Assembly (NCBI GenBank): GCA_964510615.1
Contig: CAZEBA010000007.1
Coordinates: forward strand, 33,817-97,816
Reading direction: 5' to 3'
Length of the DNA stretch: 64,000 nt
Origin: an uncultured Gemmatimonadota bacterium
GTDB taxonomy: Bacteria > Gemmatimonadota > Gemmatimonadetes > Palauibacterales > Palauibacteraceae
Part shown: one piece after another, positions 55,122 to 64,000 of the stretch
How positions within the stretch are numbered: position 1 is the stretch's first letter
Layout of the letters: each line of letters begins with the position of its first letter
Notes under the pieces: model-generated
The model's input: only the letters and a program-made list of their open reading frames with translations
Told to the model about the DNA's origin: nothing
Databases searched by the model: none
Position numbers and translations under genes: made by a program

Positions 55122-55370
55122 GTGAGGACGGCAGCGAAGCTTCGACGGACCTCCCGCGTCCTGGTGACCGCAGCGCTGGCGCTACCAGCCTGTTCGGGGG
55201 ACGCCGCGGGCCCGATGCCCTTCCAGGTCCGCGAGGACGGCCTGGTGATCGCCGCGATCATCAACACGGACCGGCGCAACTTCTTCGATTCGTTCGCCAC
55301 CGAACTCGTCCGCACCGTGAACCGGGTGACCGAGTGGCCCGACGTCGACCTCTTCCCGCAGTTCGAGTGA
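55122..55370 (+). CDS. possible small lipoprotein (82 aa)
   Basis: GTG start. VRTAAKLRRTSRVLVTAALALPACSGDAAG... lipobox LPAC. Tail of track ORF 54123..55370, whose upstream part is antisense to the neighbouring gene. Confidence 0.35.
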   Translation: MRTAAKLRRTSRVLVTAALALPACSGDAAGPMPFQVREDGLVIAAIINTDRRNFFDSFATELVRTVNRVTEWPDVDLFPQFE

Positions 55371-55386
55371 GACGGTCGGGCGCGCG

Positions 55387-56538
55387 TTGAGCTCGGCCTG
55401 TCCTCCCCTCGCGCGGTCGGGGACCGTGCTCGTTATCGGCCTGTCGCTTCCGATGGCGCTGCCGGCATGCGGTTCCGACACGGCGCCTGCCGGTCCGCCG
55501 ACTCCGTCCCCCGCCCCCGAGCCGCGTACGTACGCGATGGGGTGGGGCCTGACGCCGCCCGAGCCCACCGAGGCCAGCGTTATAGCGACCGCGCAGGCCA
55601 TGGCCAGGGTAGCGGAGTACGCGATCATTCAGCAGCCGGTCCCGTGGGCGAGATTGTTGGCAGGAGAGCTGATTGGGAGCCTGGTTGCCGAGACGAACGG
55701 GCTGGCCGACTTCCTTCGGGGATTGGGGCTCCGGATCGTCTTCCTGATCGATCCCCTCGATGGGCTCGACCGCAGGTCGGAGACGCCGGAGTTGGTGGAG
55801 GCCGGCCGAAGCATCCTGGAGCCGGAGATTCGATCCCTGCACGAGGCGTACACGCTCGAGGTCGCCCGGGAGGTCCGACCCGACTACATGGGCCTCGCTT
55901 CCGAGATCAACACGCTGGCCGCCCACGGAAGCCCTCAGCTGTACGCCGAGCTGGTGGACCTGGTCAACACCCTCGCCCCGGAGATCCGGACGATCCTGCC
56001 GACCACACGCGTTTTCGTCTCCTTTCAGGTCGACGATGCCTGGAATCTCTTCCCGCTACCGGACCCCCCAATCGACCACTTCGCGCTGGTGGACGACTTC
56101 GACATCGATGCGCTCGGCCTCTCCTCCTATCCGATCTTCGTTTGGCCGTCGCCGGCGGAGATTCCCGACGACTATTTCTCCCGCTTCCGCGCAGCCACCG
56201 ATCTGCCGCTGATTCTGGTGGAGGGTGGCTGGAGCTCCGAGAGCGTCGGTGGGGTGCAGGGGACGCCCGAGGCGCAGGCCGAGTTTCTCCGCCGCTTCGA
56301 AGCGCTGCTCGACGGTGTGGAGTCGCCGCTCTGGGTCATGCTCATCTTCGCCGACTTCGATGTGGCCTCGTTCGGTCTCCCGCCGGAGCGTGAGTCGGCT
56401 CTGGCCCTGTTCTCGCGCATGGGGATCGTGGACACGGAGCTTCGTCCGAAGCCCGGTTACGCCGTGTGGGAGGCGATCCTCTCCAGACCGCTTGCAGGCG
56501 GGGGTTTGGTTGCCAGCGCGCTCGCGGACGGAGGTTAG
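55387..56538 (+). CDS. hypothetical lipoprotein (383 aa), possible TIM-barrel glycosyl-hydrolase-like fold
   Basis: Lipobox LPACGS, Pro-rich linker PTPSPAPEP, then alternating beta/alpha pattern with conserved acidic residues. No motif confidently recognised. Confidence 0.55.
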   Translation: MSSACPPLARSGTVLVIGLSLPMALPACGSDTAPAGPPTPSPAPEPRTYAMGWGLTPPEPTEASVIATAQAMARVAEYAIIQQPVPWARLLAGELIGSLVAETNGLADFLRGLGLRIVFLIDPLDGLDRRSETPELVEAGRSILEPEIRSLHEAYTLEVAREVRPDYMGLASEINTLAAHGSPQLYAELVDLVNTLAPEIRTILPTTRVFVSFQVDDAWNLFPLPDPPIDHFALVDDFDIDALGLSSYPIFVWPSPAEIPDDYFSRFRAATDLPLILVEGGWSSESVGGVQGTPEAQAEFLRRFEALLDGVESPLWVMLIFADFDVASFGLPPERESALALFSRMGIVDTELRPKPGYAVWEAILSRPLAGGGLVASALADGG

Positions 56539-56559
56539 CCGAAAGCGCGCAGGCGGTGG

Positions 56560-58158
56560 CTAGCCGCCGGAGGCCGCGGCGGCGGGCGGCTCCTCGACGG
56601 GTTCCTCGCCGATGGTGAGTGAGCGGCCGCCGTTCATCCGCTTGAGGTAGGCGTTCGGGTCGTGCTCGACCGCGCCCTCGGGAAGCCACTCCCAGGCCGG
56701 GCCGAGCTCGCGGCGCAGGCGGTTGACATAGAAGGAGGGCACCTCGGTCGTCTCGCCCTCGAAGAAGCGCCGCATCGACATGTCGCTGTCGAGCAGCTCC
56801 CGGATCGCGGTGTAGTACTTGATCCGCCCGAACCCCTCCGAGGAGATGGCCCGCACCAGGTTCATCCAGGTGGCGAAGCCCCGCTTCGTCGCCCGCGCGC
56901 GGCGGGCGATGCTCTTCCAGGAGAAGCTGTACTTGGCAAGGTCTATCACGTGGTCGTAGAACTCGCGCCACTCGTAGTTGAGCGGCCGCACGTTCATCGC
57001 CTGGCTGTTGTTCTGGAAGTGGAACGGGAACGGAAGAACGCGGCCAGCCTTCTGGTACTCGAGGTTCAGGGGCGCTGCCTCGCCGAAAGCGGATAGAAGC
57101 GAGTAGCCGGGAAACGCGCCGGGCGTCCTGTCGATGAAGCGCTTGGTGAGCTCGAACGGCTCGCTTCCGGAATCACAGTCGAGCCCGAGCACGAAGTTCG
57201 TCTGCACGTAAGGAACGTGCTCGAGGATGGTGTTCACGTGCTCGGAGACCGTCTCGACCTTGTCGATCCCCTTCTCCGACCGCGTCTTCGACTTGTCGCC
57301 GAGGGTGTACCACGACTCGATCCCCGGCAGCAGGGCCTTGAAGCCGGCGTCGCGCATCCGGGCCAGTCGCGGTTCCGAGAGAAGGGAGAGGCTGCTCTCG
57401 GCGACGAAGGAGAGGTTGCCACCCGGGATCGCCGCCTCGATCGCGCTCATGTAGTCCTCGAAGCGGACGCCGAAGTTCGGATCGTGCCAGCCCACCCAGG
57501 CGTTCGGCATCGTGCGCGCCAGGAAGCGGAGGTCGTCACGAATCTCATCCGCGTCCAGGGGCTGGTACTTGATCACCGAGTCGATGCAGAAGCTGCAGGT
57601 GTAGGGGCAGCCGAGGCTGGCAATCATCGGCACGCCCTTCACCTTCGTCGGCGCCTTGGCCAGCGTCGGCTCGATGAACTTCCACCGCGCCCGCACGCCC
57701 GGCAGGTGTGCCGGCTGCGTGGCCGCGCTGAGGTGTTCGCCGACCGGACGGTGCGGTCGGCAGTCGCGCAGCACGGTGTCGATCGTCTCCCGGTCGGTGA
57801 GGCCGAGCACGTAGTCGAAGTACTTCTGCGCGTCGTCCGGATAGCAGCGGGCGTGCGGCCCCCCGAGCGCCGTGACGGCGCCGCGTGACCGGAAGAGGTT
57901 GCTGACCGCGTAGCCCAGCTGGGCGGCCTGGGAGAACGCGCTGATGAACACGATGTCCGTGTCCGAGGGCAGCTCGTCGAGGAGGTCCTCGAGGCCCGTG
58001 TAGCAGATGTACCGGACATCGTGGCCGAGTTCCTCCGCCCAGACGGCCACGGCCTGCGGCATCAGGCCGGCCAGGTTCGCGTGCATGAGGCGTGCGTAGA
58101 GCGTGCGGGTGGGCGCCTTGGCGACGAGATCGATGACGCCGACGCGGAGCTTCTTCAA
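56560..58158 (-). CDS. B12-binding domain radical SAM enzyme
   Basis: N-terminal B12-binding-like Rossmann region (MKKLRVGVIDLV...), then radical-SAM cluster motif CPYTCSFC (CxxxCxxC) and a long C-terminal extension. Confidence 0.8.
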   Translation of the reverse strand: MKKLRVGVIDLVAKAPTRTLYARLMHANLAGLMPQAVAVWAEELGHDVRYICYTGLEDLLDELPSDTDIVFISAFSQAAQLGYAVSNLFRSRGAVTALGGPHARCYPDDAQKYFDYVLGLTDRETIDTVLRDCRPHRPVGEHLSAATQPAHLPGVRARWKFIEPTLAKAPTKVKGVPMIASLGCPYTCSFCIDSVIKYQPLDADEIRDDLRFLARTMPNAWVGWHDPNFGVRFEDYMSAIEAAIPGGNLSFVAESSLSLLSEPRLARMRDAGFKALLPGIESWYTLGDKSKTRSEKGIDKVETVSEHVNTILEHVPYVQTNFVLGLDCDSGSEPFELTKRFIDRTPGAFPGYSLLSAFGEAAPLNLEYQKAGRVLPFPFHFQNNSQAMNVRPLNYEWREFYDHVIDLAKYSFSWKSIARRARATKRGFATWMNLVRAISSEGFGRIKYYTAIRELLDSDMSMRRFFEGETTEVPSFYVNRLRRELGPAWEWLPEGAVEHDPNAYLKRMNGGRSLTIGEEPVEEPPAAAASGG

Positions 58159-58319
58159 CTAAGCTCCCACGCGGCGGGGGATGCCGTACGATGGTGGTTC
58201 ATAGAGCGCCCTCGTAGAAGCCGCGACGCGGATGCCGGGCCGGGTGCCCTCATCCCCAATCCTGCATAATAGCACCACAGCGTGTTCCTGTCGTCCCCTG
58301 TCGCTTCATACGGCCGCCC

Positions 58320-58847
58320 CTAACGCGCCGGCCTCAGCAGCCGGTACTCGCGCCGAACCGTCTGGGGCTCGGCGAAGACCTTGAGGTACACGCAGTGGGC
58401 CTCGGCGTCCTCGAGAGCCGCGACCACCTCGTCCTCGGGAGCATCGCTCGTCACCGAGATGGTGTAGCGAACCTCGCGGTAGGCCACCGGAACCGAGTCA
58501 TCGACTCCGTACTGGCCCCGCACGTCATAGTCGGCCTGCACCTCGACCTCGAGCGCCGTTATCGGGACGCCCCGCCGGGCCGCCCAGAGGCCGTAGGCGA
58601 TCGCGAGGCAGGAGCCGAGCGCGCTACGGCCGTAGACTCCTGGATCCGGGCCGCGGCCGTTCCCCCCGCCCTTGGCGCTCAGGTCCACGGTCAGATTCCA
58701 GGACCCGTCCCGCACCTCGCACGTCAGGCCGTCGACCATGCGCACTCTGGTGGTCGCGGTTCCGCGGCCGACCGCCTCGCGCTCCTGCATCGCCCGGATG
58801 CCGCGTTCGACGACTGTCCGAATTCTGGTAGCGGTCTCGAGCGACAT
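58320..58847 (-). CDS. OsmC-family protein (second copy in window)
   Basis: MSLETATRIRTVVERGIRAMQE...GSCLAIAYGLWAARRG...AEAHCVYLKV has the OsmC Cys pair. Start at internal ATG of track ORF 58320..58949. Confidence 0.7.
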   Translation of the reverse strand: MSLETATRIRTVVERGIRAMQEREAVGRGTATTRVRMVDGLTCEVRDGSWNLTVDLSAKGGGNGRGPDPGVYGRSALGSCLAIAYGLWAARRGVPITALEVEVQADYDVRGQYGVDDSVPVAYREVRYTISVTSDAPEDEVVAALEDAEAHCVYLKVFAEPQTVRREYRLLRPAR

Positions 58848-58906
58848 CACCGGCTCCGGCTTCGTTCCCTGCCGCTGCTCGCTGCGGCTCACCGGTTGCG
58901 GCGCCA

Positions 58907-60664
58907 TCAGAAACGCGAGGCCGTAAGCTCGATGTCGGCCCCCGACCATGCTTCCTGGAACCGCGCGTCGATCCGATCCGCCTCCTCGTCCTTCCCCTGG
59001 GCACGCAGGGACTGCGCAAGCCCGAACAGCGACCAGCCGTTTTCAGGGAAGCGCTCGAGGTCCTCGCGGTAGGCACGTTCGGCCTCTGCGGGACGCCCCG
59101 CCTCGAGCTGGGCCAGGCCGAGAGACTGCCGGATCGGGTAATACCAGAGCGGCGGCTCCTCGTAGAGCAGCCCGTCCTCGAGGTCGGCCGCCGCCTGGAA
59201 GTGCTCCACGGCTCCCTCGGCGTCGCCAGTGCGGAGCGCGATCTCGCCGGCAAGCGCCCGCTCGGCGATCGCGATCACGACCGGCGGCCCCGACTCCTCT
59301 TCGGCCACGCCCTGCTCCCGGGCGAGCTCGCGGATCGCGTCCAGCTCGGCCATGGCGTCGGCCGCTCGGGCCGTCGCGACGAGTGCCACGCCCCTCGCGT
59401 ACCGCGCCAGCGCGGTCGCGTTGGGAAGATCCTCCGCCGGCAGCGGAGCGCTCAGCACGTCTTCCCAGCGGCCGAAGGTCACCGAGACCAGCTGGGGCAA
59501 AACGACGATCTGCTGGGCCCAATAGATGTCGCGCGCGACTTCGTGCGGGACCTTCGGCGCCACGATCTTCGCCGCGGTACCAGCCTTCTCCGCCATGCCG
59601 GCCATCGAGGCGGCGAACCACATGAAGTGGTAGTTGTGAGGATAGTAGGCCGTCGGATACAGCCCGCGGCCGGGGCGCTGGTCGGCGATGTACCGCTCGT
59701 CCTGATGGACCGCATGCTCGTTGGCCCTGACCGCGTCGGCGTACCGCCCGACTCGGATGTAGATGTGGCCTGGCATGTGGACGATGTGGCCGGCTCCTGG
59801 CATCAGGGCCGCGAGCCGATCGGCGCATTCCACCGCTTGCTCCGGGAAGGCGGCCTCCACGGCGTGGATGTAGTAGTGGCACGCGCCGGGGTTGTCCGGG
59901 TCGAGCTCTAGGGCGCGCTCCAGCGCGGCCAGGATCTTCTCGGTGCCGGGCCTGGGCCGCCGGTCCCTGGTCCAGTAGTCCCACGGGCTGAGGTTCATCA
60001 GCGACGCGGCATAGAGGGTCAGCACGTCGGCGTCCTCGACGTTCGCCTCCGCGACGCGAGCCATCGCGTCGGCATACGCGGAGTCCAGCGCGGCACGGCC
60101 AGCCTCCGGGTCCGCGCCGTACCGCTCGGCCAGCGCCTCGATCAGAGCGCGCTCCAGGGCGCTCGCGTCGGCCGACAGCTCGAGGGCCCGCTGCGCAGCG
60201 GCGTACGCCCGGCGGCCGCTCTCCGGCTCCATGGCGGCGTTGATGTTGTTGCCGGCTGCGAGGGCGATGCCCCACCAGCACATCGCGCAGGCCGGGTCGT
60301 AGCGGAGGCCTTCCTCATAGGCCCGGATGGCCTCCTCGTGATTGAACGCGTACTGGAGCCGCAAGCCCTGGTCGAAGTACTCCGCGGCCTCCGGAGCGGC
60401 TGCGGTGGTGATCTCGCGATGGTGGTTCCCCAGATCCGTGTACAGGGGCACCGAGCCCGCCTCGCCCTCGATCGGCGCCGCGTACCGGGCGACGAGGGCT
60501 GCCGGATCGAGCTCCGTTCCCTCCGCATCGCCGTCGGCCGCGGTCCGATCCCCGCAGGCGAGGATCGATCCGGCGGCCAGCAGGGCCGTCCCGAGAGCCA
60601 CCCGCGGAAGGGGGGTCCCGAGGGTGCGGCCAGCGGCCTGCACCGTCGTAACACCGAACGTCAT
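58907..60664 (-). CDS. TPR-repeat lipoprotein (585 aa)
   Basis: ATG 60664 with AAGGAGA Shine-Dalgarno. Lipobox ...LLAAGSILACG. All-alpha repeat protein with TPR-like spacing. Upstream 197 codons of track ORF excluded (Ser/Pro/Arg-rich). Confidence 0.7.
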   Translation of the reverse strand: MTFGVTTVQAAGRTLGTPLPRVALGTALLAAGSILACGDRTAADGDAEGTELDPAALVARYAAPIEGEAGSVPLYTDLGNHHREITTAAAPEAAEYFDQGLRLQYAFNHEEAIRAYEEGLRYDPACAMCWWGIALAAGNNINAAMEPESGRRAYAAAQRALELSADASALERALIEALAERYGADPEAGRAALDSAYADAMARVAEANVEDADVLTLYAASLMNLSPWDYWTRDRRPRPGTEKILAALERALELDPDNPGACHYYIHAVEAAFPEQAVECADRLAALMPGAGHIVHMPGHIYIRVGRYADAVRANEHAVHQDERYIADQRPGRGLYPTAYYPHNYHFMWFAASMAGMAEKAGTAAKIVAPKVPHEVARDIYWAQQIVVLPQLVSVTFGRWEDVLSAPLPAEDLPNATALARYARGVALVATARAADAMAELDAIRELAREQGVAEEESGPPVVIAIAERALAGEIALRTGDAEGAVEHFQAAADLEDGLLYEEPPLWYYPIRQSLGLAQLEAGRPAEAERAYREDLERFPENGWSLFGLAQSLRAQGKDEEADRIDARFQEAWSGADIELTASRF

Positions 60665-60908
60665 GAGTTGTCTCCTTGTCAGCTGCCGGGTCGCGAGCCG
60701 GATCGCGCACCGAGTCGTGCGCGCCGGACTGCGCACACAGTCGGCTGTCCAATCGCGCCGGATCGGACCGGTGGACATCCGTCGATGCGGAAATATCTGG
60801 GGATGCCGGACACGGCCCGGTTCCGGCAGGGGGGAATGATGGCTGGCCGTCGAGGGCGGGGAAAGGGACTCCGTTGCCGCCGCGGCTGCGGAGCGAGAGG
60901 ATGGAGGC

Positions 60909-61841
60909 ATGAGCACACGGGACCTTGCTTCCATCGGCTGTGTCGGCGGCGCCAGCCTGGACCGCCGCGCCTTCACTTCGGGACCGCTCCGGCCCGGCAC
61001 GTCGAATCCGATCGTCTCCGTCCTCCGGCCTGGTGGCGTCGCCCGCAATGTGGCGGAGGCGCTCGCGCGCCTGAAGTGTGAGGTGGCGCTGTTCTCGATC
61101 GTCGGTAATGACGAGGCGGGCCGCGCGCTTCTGGAAGGTCTGGCCGAGGCCGGTGTCGAGACGTCGGGGGTGACGTGCTCGGGACGGCACCCTACCGGCG
61201 CGTACACCGCAGTGCTCGGCCCCAGCGGCCGGCTGGAGTTCGGGCTGGCCGACATGGGGATCTACGAGGAGGCGAATGCGAGCTGGGCGCGGGAGGTCGC
61301 GCGGCAGCTGCCGGGCAGGCGGATCTGGTTCATGGACGCGAACCTGCCATCCGAGGCCCTGTCCGTGCTGGTCGGCCGGAAACCGGAAGGCGTGACGGTG
61401 CTGGCCAATCCGGTATCGGTGGCAAAGGCGGAGCGGCTCCATCCCGTGCTGGGCTCGATCGACGTCCTGTTTCCGAGCCGCCAGGAGGCCGAGCGGCTCA
61501 GCCGGATGCCGGCTGCCAGGCCGGAGCAGGTCGCGGCGGCGGCCGAGAGGATCCGGGCGATGGGGGTGGGCACCGTGGTGGTCACGCTCGGCTCGGAGGG
61601 CGTGCTGGTGTCGAGCGAGAGCGGCACGACGGCCGTGCCGGCCATCGCTCCGCACGGCCCGTTGAGCGACGTGACCGGCGCCGGCGATGCTCTGGTGGCT
61701 GGCTACATCTTCGGCCTGCGGGACGGGGATCCGGAGCCGCTGCGTCCCGGCCTCGCCGCCGCCAGTCTCGTGCTCGAGGCAGGTGGGGCCCTCGACGCGC
61801 TCACCGCCGAGGCCGTCCTCCGGCGGGCCGAGGAGGCCTGA
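60909..61841 (+). CDS. psuK: PfkB-family carbohydrate/nucleoside kinase, likely pseudouridine kinase
   Basis: Ribokinase-like fold with C-terminal ...DVTGAGDALVAGYIFGL (anion-hole GAGD motif). Immediately upstream of the psuG homolog, which supports the pseudouridine kinase role by context only. Confidence 0.65.
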   Translation: MSTRDLASIGCVGGASLDRRAFTSGPLRPGTSNPIVSVLRPGGVARNVAEALARLKCEVALFSIVGNDEAGRALLEGLAEAGVETSGVTCSGRHPTGAYTAVLGPSGRLEFGLADMGIYEEANASWAREVARQLPGRRIWFMDANLPSEALSVLVGRKPEGVTVLANPVSVAKAERLHPVLGSIDVLFPSRQEAERLSRMPAARPEQVAAAAERIRAMGVGTVVVTLGSEGVLVSSESGTTAVPAIAPHGPLSDVTGAGDALVAGYIFGLRDGDPEPLRPGLAAASLVLEAGGALDALTAEAVLRRAEEA

Positions 61842-61854
61842 GGGCCACCCGCGG

Positions 61855-62826
61855 ATGTCGGATGGGTCCCTCCGTCAGAGGGCGCAGCGGGCTCCGGCCC
61901 CGGCGAGCGGGCCGATCGAGGTTCGGCCCCCGATCCGCGCTGCGCTGGAGGGCGGCGTCGGGGTCGTGGCCCTCGAGTCGAGCGTGATCGCACATGGCCT
62001 GCCGGATCCCCACGGCCTGGAGGCGTCCGGGCGGATGGAGCTCGCAGTCCGCGGGGAGGGTGCGATCCCGGCCACGATCGCCGTGCTCGGCGGGCGGGTA
62101 GTGGTCGGGCTGGAGGCGGAGGAGATCGTCGAGCTCGCCAACGTCGGCGGCGTGGCCAAGGCGTCCACCCGGGATCTGGCCGCGCTGGCGGCGTCCGGCA
62201 GGCCGGCAGCGACGACCGTTGCCGCCACCGCGTTTGTCGCCGACCGGGCCGGCATCGCCGTGCTGGCAACCGGCGGGATCGGCGGCGTCCACCGCGGGGC
62301 CGAGACGAGTCTCGATGTCTCGGCTGACCTCGCTGAGCTCGGGCGGACCCCGATCGGCGTGGTTTGCTCGGGCGCCAAGGCGGTCCTGGACCTTCGACGC
62401 ACGCTGGAGGTGCTCGAGACGATGGGGGTGACGGTGGTGGGCTACGAGACGGAGGAGCTTCCCGCCTTCTACGCCAGGGAAAGCGGTCTTCGGCTCGACC
62501 ATCGAGTGGATTCCCCGGCGGAAGCGGCGCGCCTGATGGGGGCGCAGCGAGGGCTGGGCGTGCCGGGAAGCGTCCTGTTTTGCCACCCGCCGCCGGCGGC
62601 TGCCGCCATGGATCGGGCGGAGGTCGAGGAGATGGTCGCAGGAGCCGCGGCCGCGGCCGAAGCCGCCGGTATCCGCGGAGCGGCGGTGACGCCGTTCCTG
62701 CTCGATCTGATCGGAAAGGCCAGCGGCGGCCGTGCCCTGGCTGCGAATCTGGCTTTGCTGGAGGCGAATGCCCGTCTGGCCGCGCGCATCGCGGTCGCGT
62801 ACGCGAAAGGAGAGGAAGCGGCATGA
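61855..62826 (+). CDS. psuG: pseudouridine-5'-phosphate glycosidase
   Basis: ...VVALESSVIAHGLPDPHGLE... and ...VLATGGIGGVHRGAETSLDVSADLAELGRTPIGVVCSGAKAVLD... match the IndA/PsuG family pattern. Start at internal ATG 61855 of track ORF 61687. Confidence 0.85.
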   Translation: MSDGSLRQRAQRAPAPASGPIEVRPPIRAALEGGVGVVALESSVIAHGLPDPHGLEASGRMELAVRGEGAIPATIAVLGGRVVVGLEAEEIVELANVGGVAKASTRDLAALAASGRPAATTVAATAFVADRAGIAVLATGGIGGVHRGAETSLDVSADLAELGRTPIGVVCSGAKAVLDLRRTLEVLETMGVTVVGYETEELPAFYARESGLRLDHRVDSPAEAARLMGAQRGLGVPGSVLFCHPPPAAAAMDRAEVEEMVAGAAAAAEAAGIRGAAVTPFLLDLIGKASGGRALAANLALLEANARLAARIAVAYAKGEEAA

Positions 62827-64000
62827 CTTTCGAAGCTCCCAGCCTGTCCGACCTGCGCGAGGTCGCGCGAGACCTCGGCCTGGCCCTCAGTGACGCGGAC
62901 CTCGGGGAGTTTCGCGAGCTGATGGCCGATGCCTTCGCCGCTTACGAGGCGGTGGACGCGATGCCGGACTACCTGCCCGACGTCGCGTACCCTCGCCAGC
63001 CTGGCTACCGGCCGGAGGGAGAGGAGAACCGTTACGGCGCCTGGTACGTAAAGACCTCGGTCAAGGGAGCGCCAGACGGTCGGCTGGCGGGGCGCAAGAT
63101 CGTGCTCAAGGACAACATCTGCCTGGCGGGCGTGCCGATGGCGGCTGGGACCTCGATCCTCGAGGGGTACGTTCCCGAGGTGGACGCCACGGTCGTGACG
63201 CGCATCCTCGACGCCGGCGGCGAGATCGTCGGCAAGGCGGTGTGCGAGAACTACTCCTGCTCCGGTGGCAGCCACACCTGCGCCCAGGGACCGATCCGTA
63301 ACCCCCGCAACCCAGCTCATACGGCCGGTGGCTCCTCATCCGGCTGCGGCGCGCTGATCGCGGCCGGCGAAGTCGATCTGGCAATCGGCGGCGATCAGGG
63401 GGGTTCGATCCGTCTTCCTTCGTCGTTCTGCGGGATCTACGGCCTGAAGCCGACCCACGGGCTCGTTCCGTATACCGGCATCTGCTCGATGGAGGCGAGC
63501 TTCGATCATACGGGGCCGATGACCTCCAACGTACGGGACAACGCGCTGCTGCTGGAGGTGATCGCGGGCCCGGACGGGATCGATGGGCGGCAGCACGGGG
63601 TGCGACCGGAGCCCTACACGGAGGCGCTCGGCGGAGGCGCGGCCGGGCTGCGGATCGCCGTCGTTCGGGAGGGCTTCGGGACGGCGGGCTCCGAGCCGGA
63701 CGTGGATGCGAAGGTGCATCACGGGGCCGAGCGGTTCCGGGATTTGGGGGCGGAGGTGGAGGAGGTGTCGATCCCGATGCACCCGGCGGGAGCGGCGATC
63801 TTCATCCCCATCGCGGCCGAGGGGGTGACGCGGCAGATGATGCTGGATGACGGCTTCGGCCAGAACCAGCAAGGCCTCGCGATCCTCAGCCTCCGTGACG
63901 CCAACGCGGCCTGGCGCGAGCGCCCCGGAGAGCTCTCCGACACGCTGATCCTGTTCATGCTGCTCGGTCGATACGGCCTGCGCAGGTACCGCGGTCGCTA
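62823..64000 (+). CDS. amidase-signature (AS) family amidase, C-terminus beyond window end
   Basis: ATG 62823 overlaps the psuG stop (ATGA). ...GGSSSGCGALIAAG... Ser-cisSer-Lys signature and upstream KDNICLAGVPMAAGTSIL. Not in ORF track because truncated. Confidence 0.8.
   Translation, partial: MTFEAPSLSDLREVARDLGLALSDADLGEFRELMADAFAAYEAVDAMPDYLPDVAYPRQPGYRPEGEENRYGAWYVKTSVKGAPDGRLAGRKIVLKDNICLAGVPMAAGTSILEGYVPEVDATVVTRILDAGGEIVGKAVCENYSCSGGSHTCAQGPIRNPRNPAHTAGGSSSGCGALIAAGEVDLAIGGDQGGSIRLPSSFCGIYGLKPTHGLVPYTGICSMEASFDHTGPMTSNVRDNALLLEVIAGPDGIDGRQHGVRPEPYTEALGGGAAGLRIAVVREGFGTAGSEPDVDAKVHHGAERFRDLGAEVEEVSIPMHPAGAAIFIPIAAEGVTRQMMLDDGFGQNQQGLAILSLRDANAAWRERPGELSDTLILFMLLGRYGLRRYRGR

Noticed and set aside
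58948-60281. 225-aa plus-strand and 412-aa minus-strand alternative-frame ORFs within the TPR lipoprotein gene
   Set aside because: Alternate frames of a gene with Shine-Dalgarno and lipobox. Arg/Pro/Gly composition.
1-64000. Mobile elements, prophage, CRISPR arrays, rRNA/tRNA genes
   Set aside because: No transposase-, integrase- or Cas-like ORF. No terminal inverted repeats or spacer-repeat arrays. No rRNA/tRNA-like conserved strings found on scanning. Composition is uniform apart from short intergenic dips.

Overview
High-GC (~68-70%) bacterial chromosomal segment, densely coding on both strands. No rRNA, tRNA, CRISPR array, transposase or integrase could be supported. The content looks like a soil-bacterium chromosome (Gemmatimonadota- or Acidobacteria-like), but taxon cannot be assigned from sequence alone. 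About 57 protein-coding genes are supported. Housekeeping and catabolic enzymes: acyl-CoA dehydrogenase, NADP-glutamate dehydrogenase, oligopeptidase B, PanE, lysine 6-aminotransferase, class V aminotransferase, ATP-dependent DNA ligase, a PQQ quinohemoprotein dehydrogenase, and a PsuK-PsuG pseudouridine module followed by an amidase. Transport and envelope genes: a TatT-DctP-DctQM (TPAT-type) TRAP transporter, an MFS transporter, an APC permease, a VKOR-thioredoxin fusion, an M48 protease, a GT39 glycosyltransferase and several lipoproteins. Things that stand out: (1) four paralogous membrane-anchored TolB-like/TPR proteins, three of which share a near-identical ~70-aa N-terminal double-TM module; (2) two paralogous secreted proteins, each made of an internally duplicated ~110-aa domain with a conserved Cys pair and an E-x-C-x-S-H-x-D-Y-x-W motif; (3) a translationally coupled GcvT-like aminomethyltransferase plus two tandem phytoene-desaturase-family flavoproteins, convergent with a DDAH-like amidinotransferase, which may be a split N-demethylation module; (4) a secreted single-chain aspartic protease with two retropepsin-like D-T/S-G domains; (5) a 548-bp non-coding gap upstream of a SnoaL-like cyclase gene containing hairpins and a 10-bp direct repeat. 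Many long ORFs in the six-frame track are antisense or shadow ORFs produced by the high GC content and are rejected. The ORF track reports TTG and GTG starts as M; several starts were re-assigned to internal codons that have Shine-Dalgarno sequences or signal peptides.
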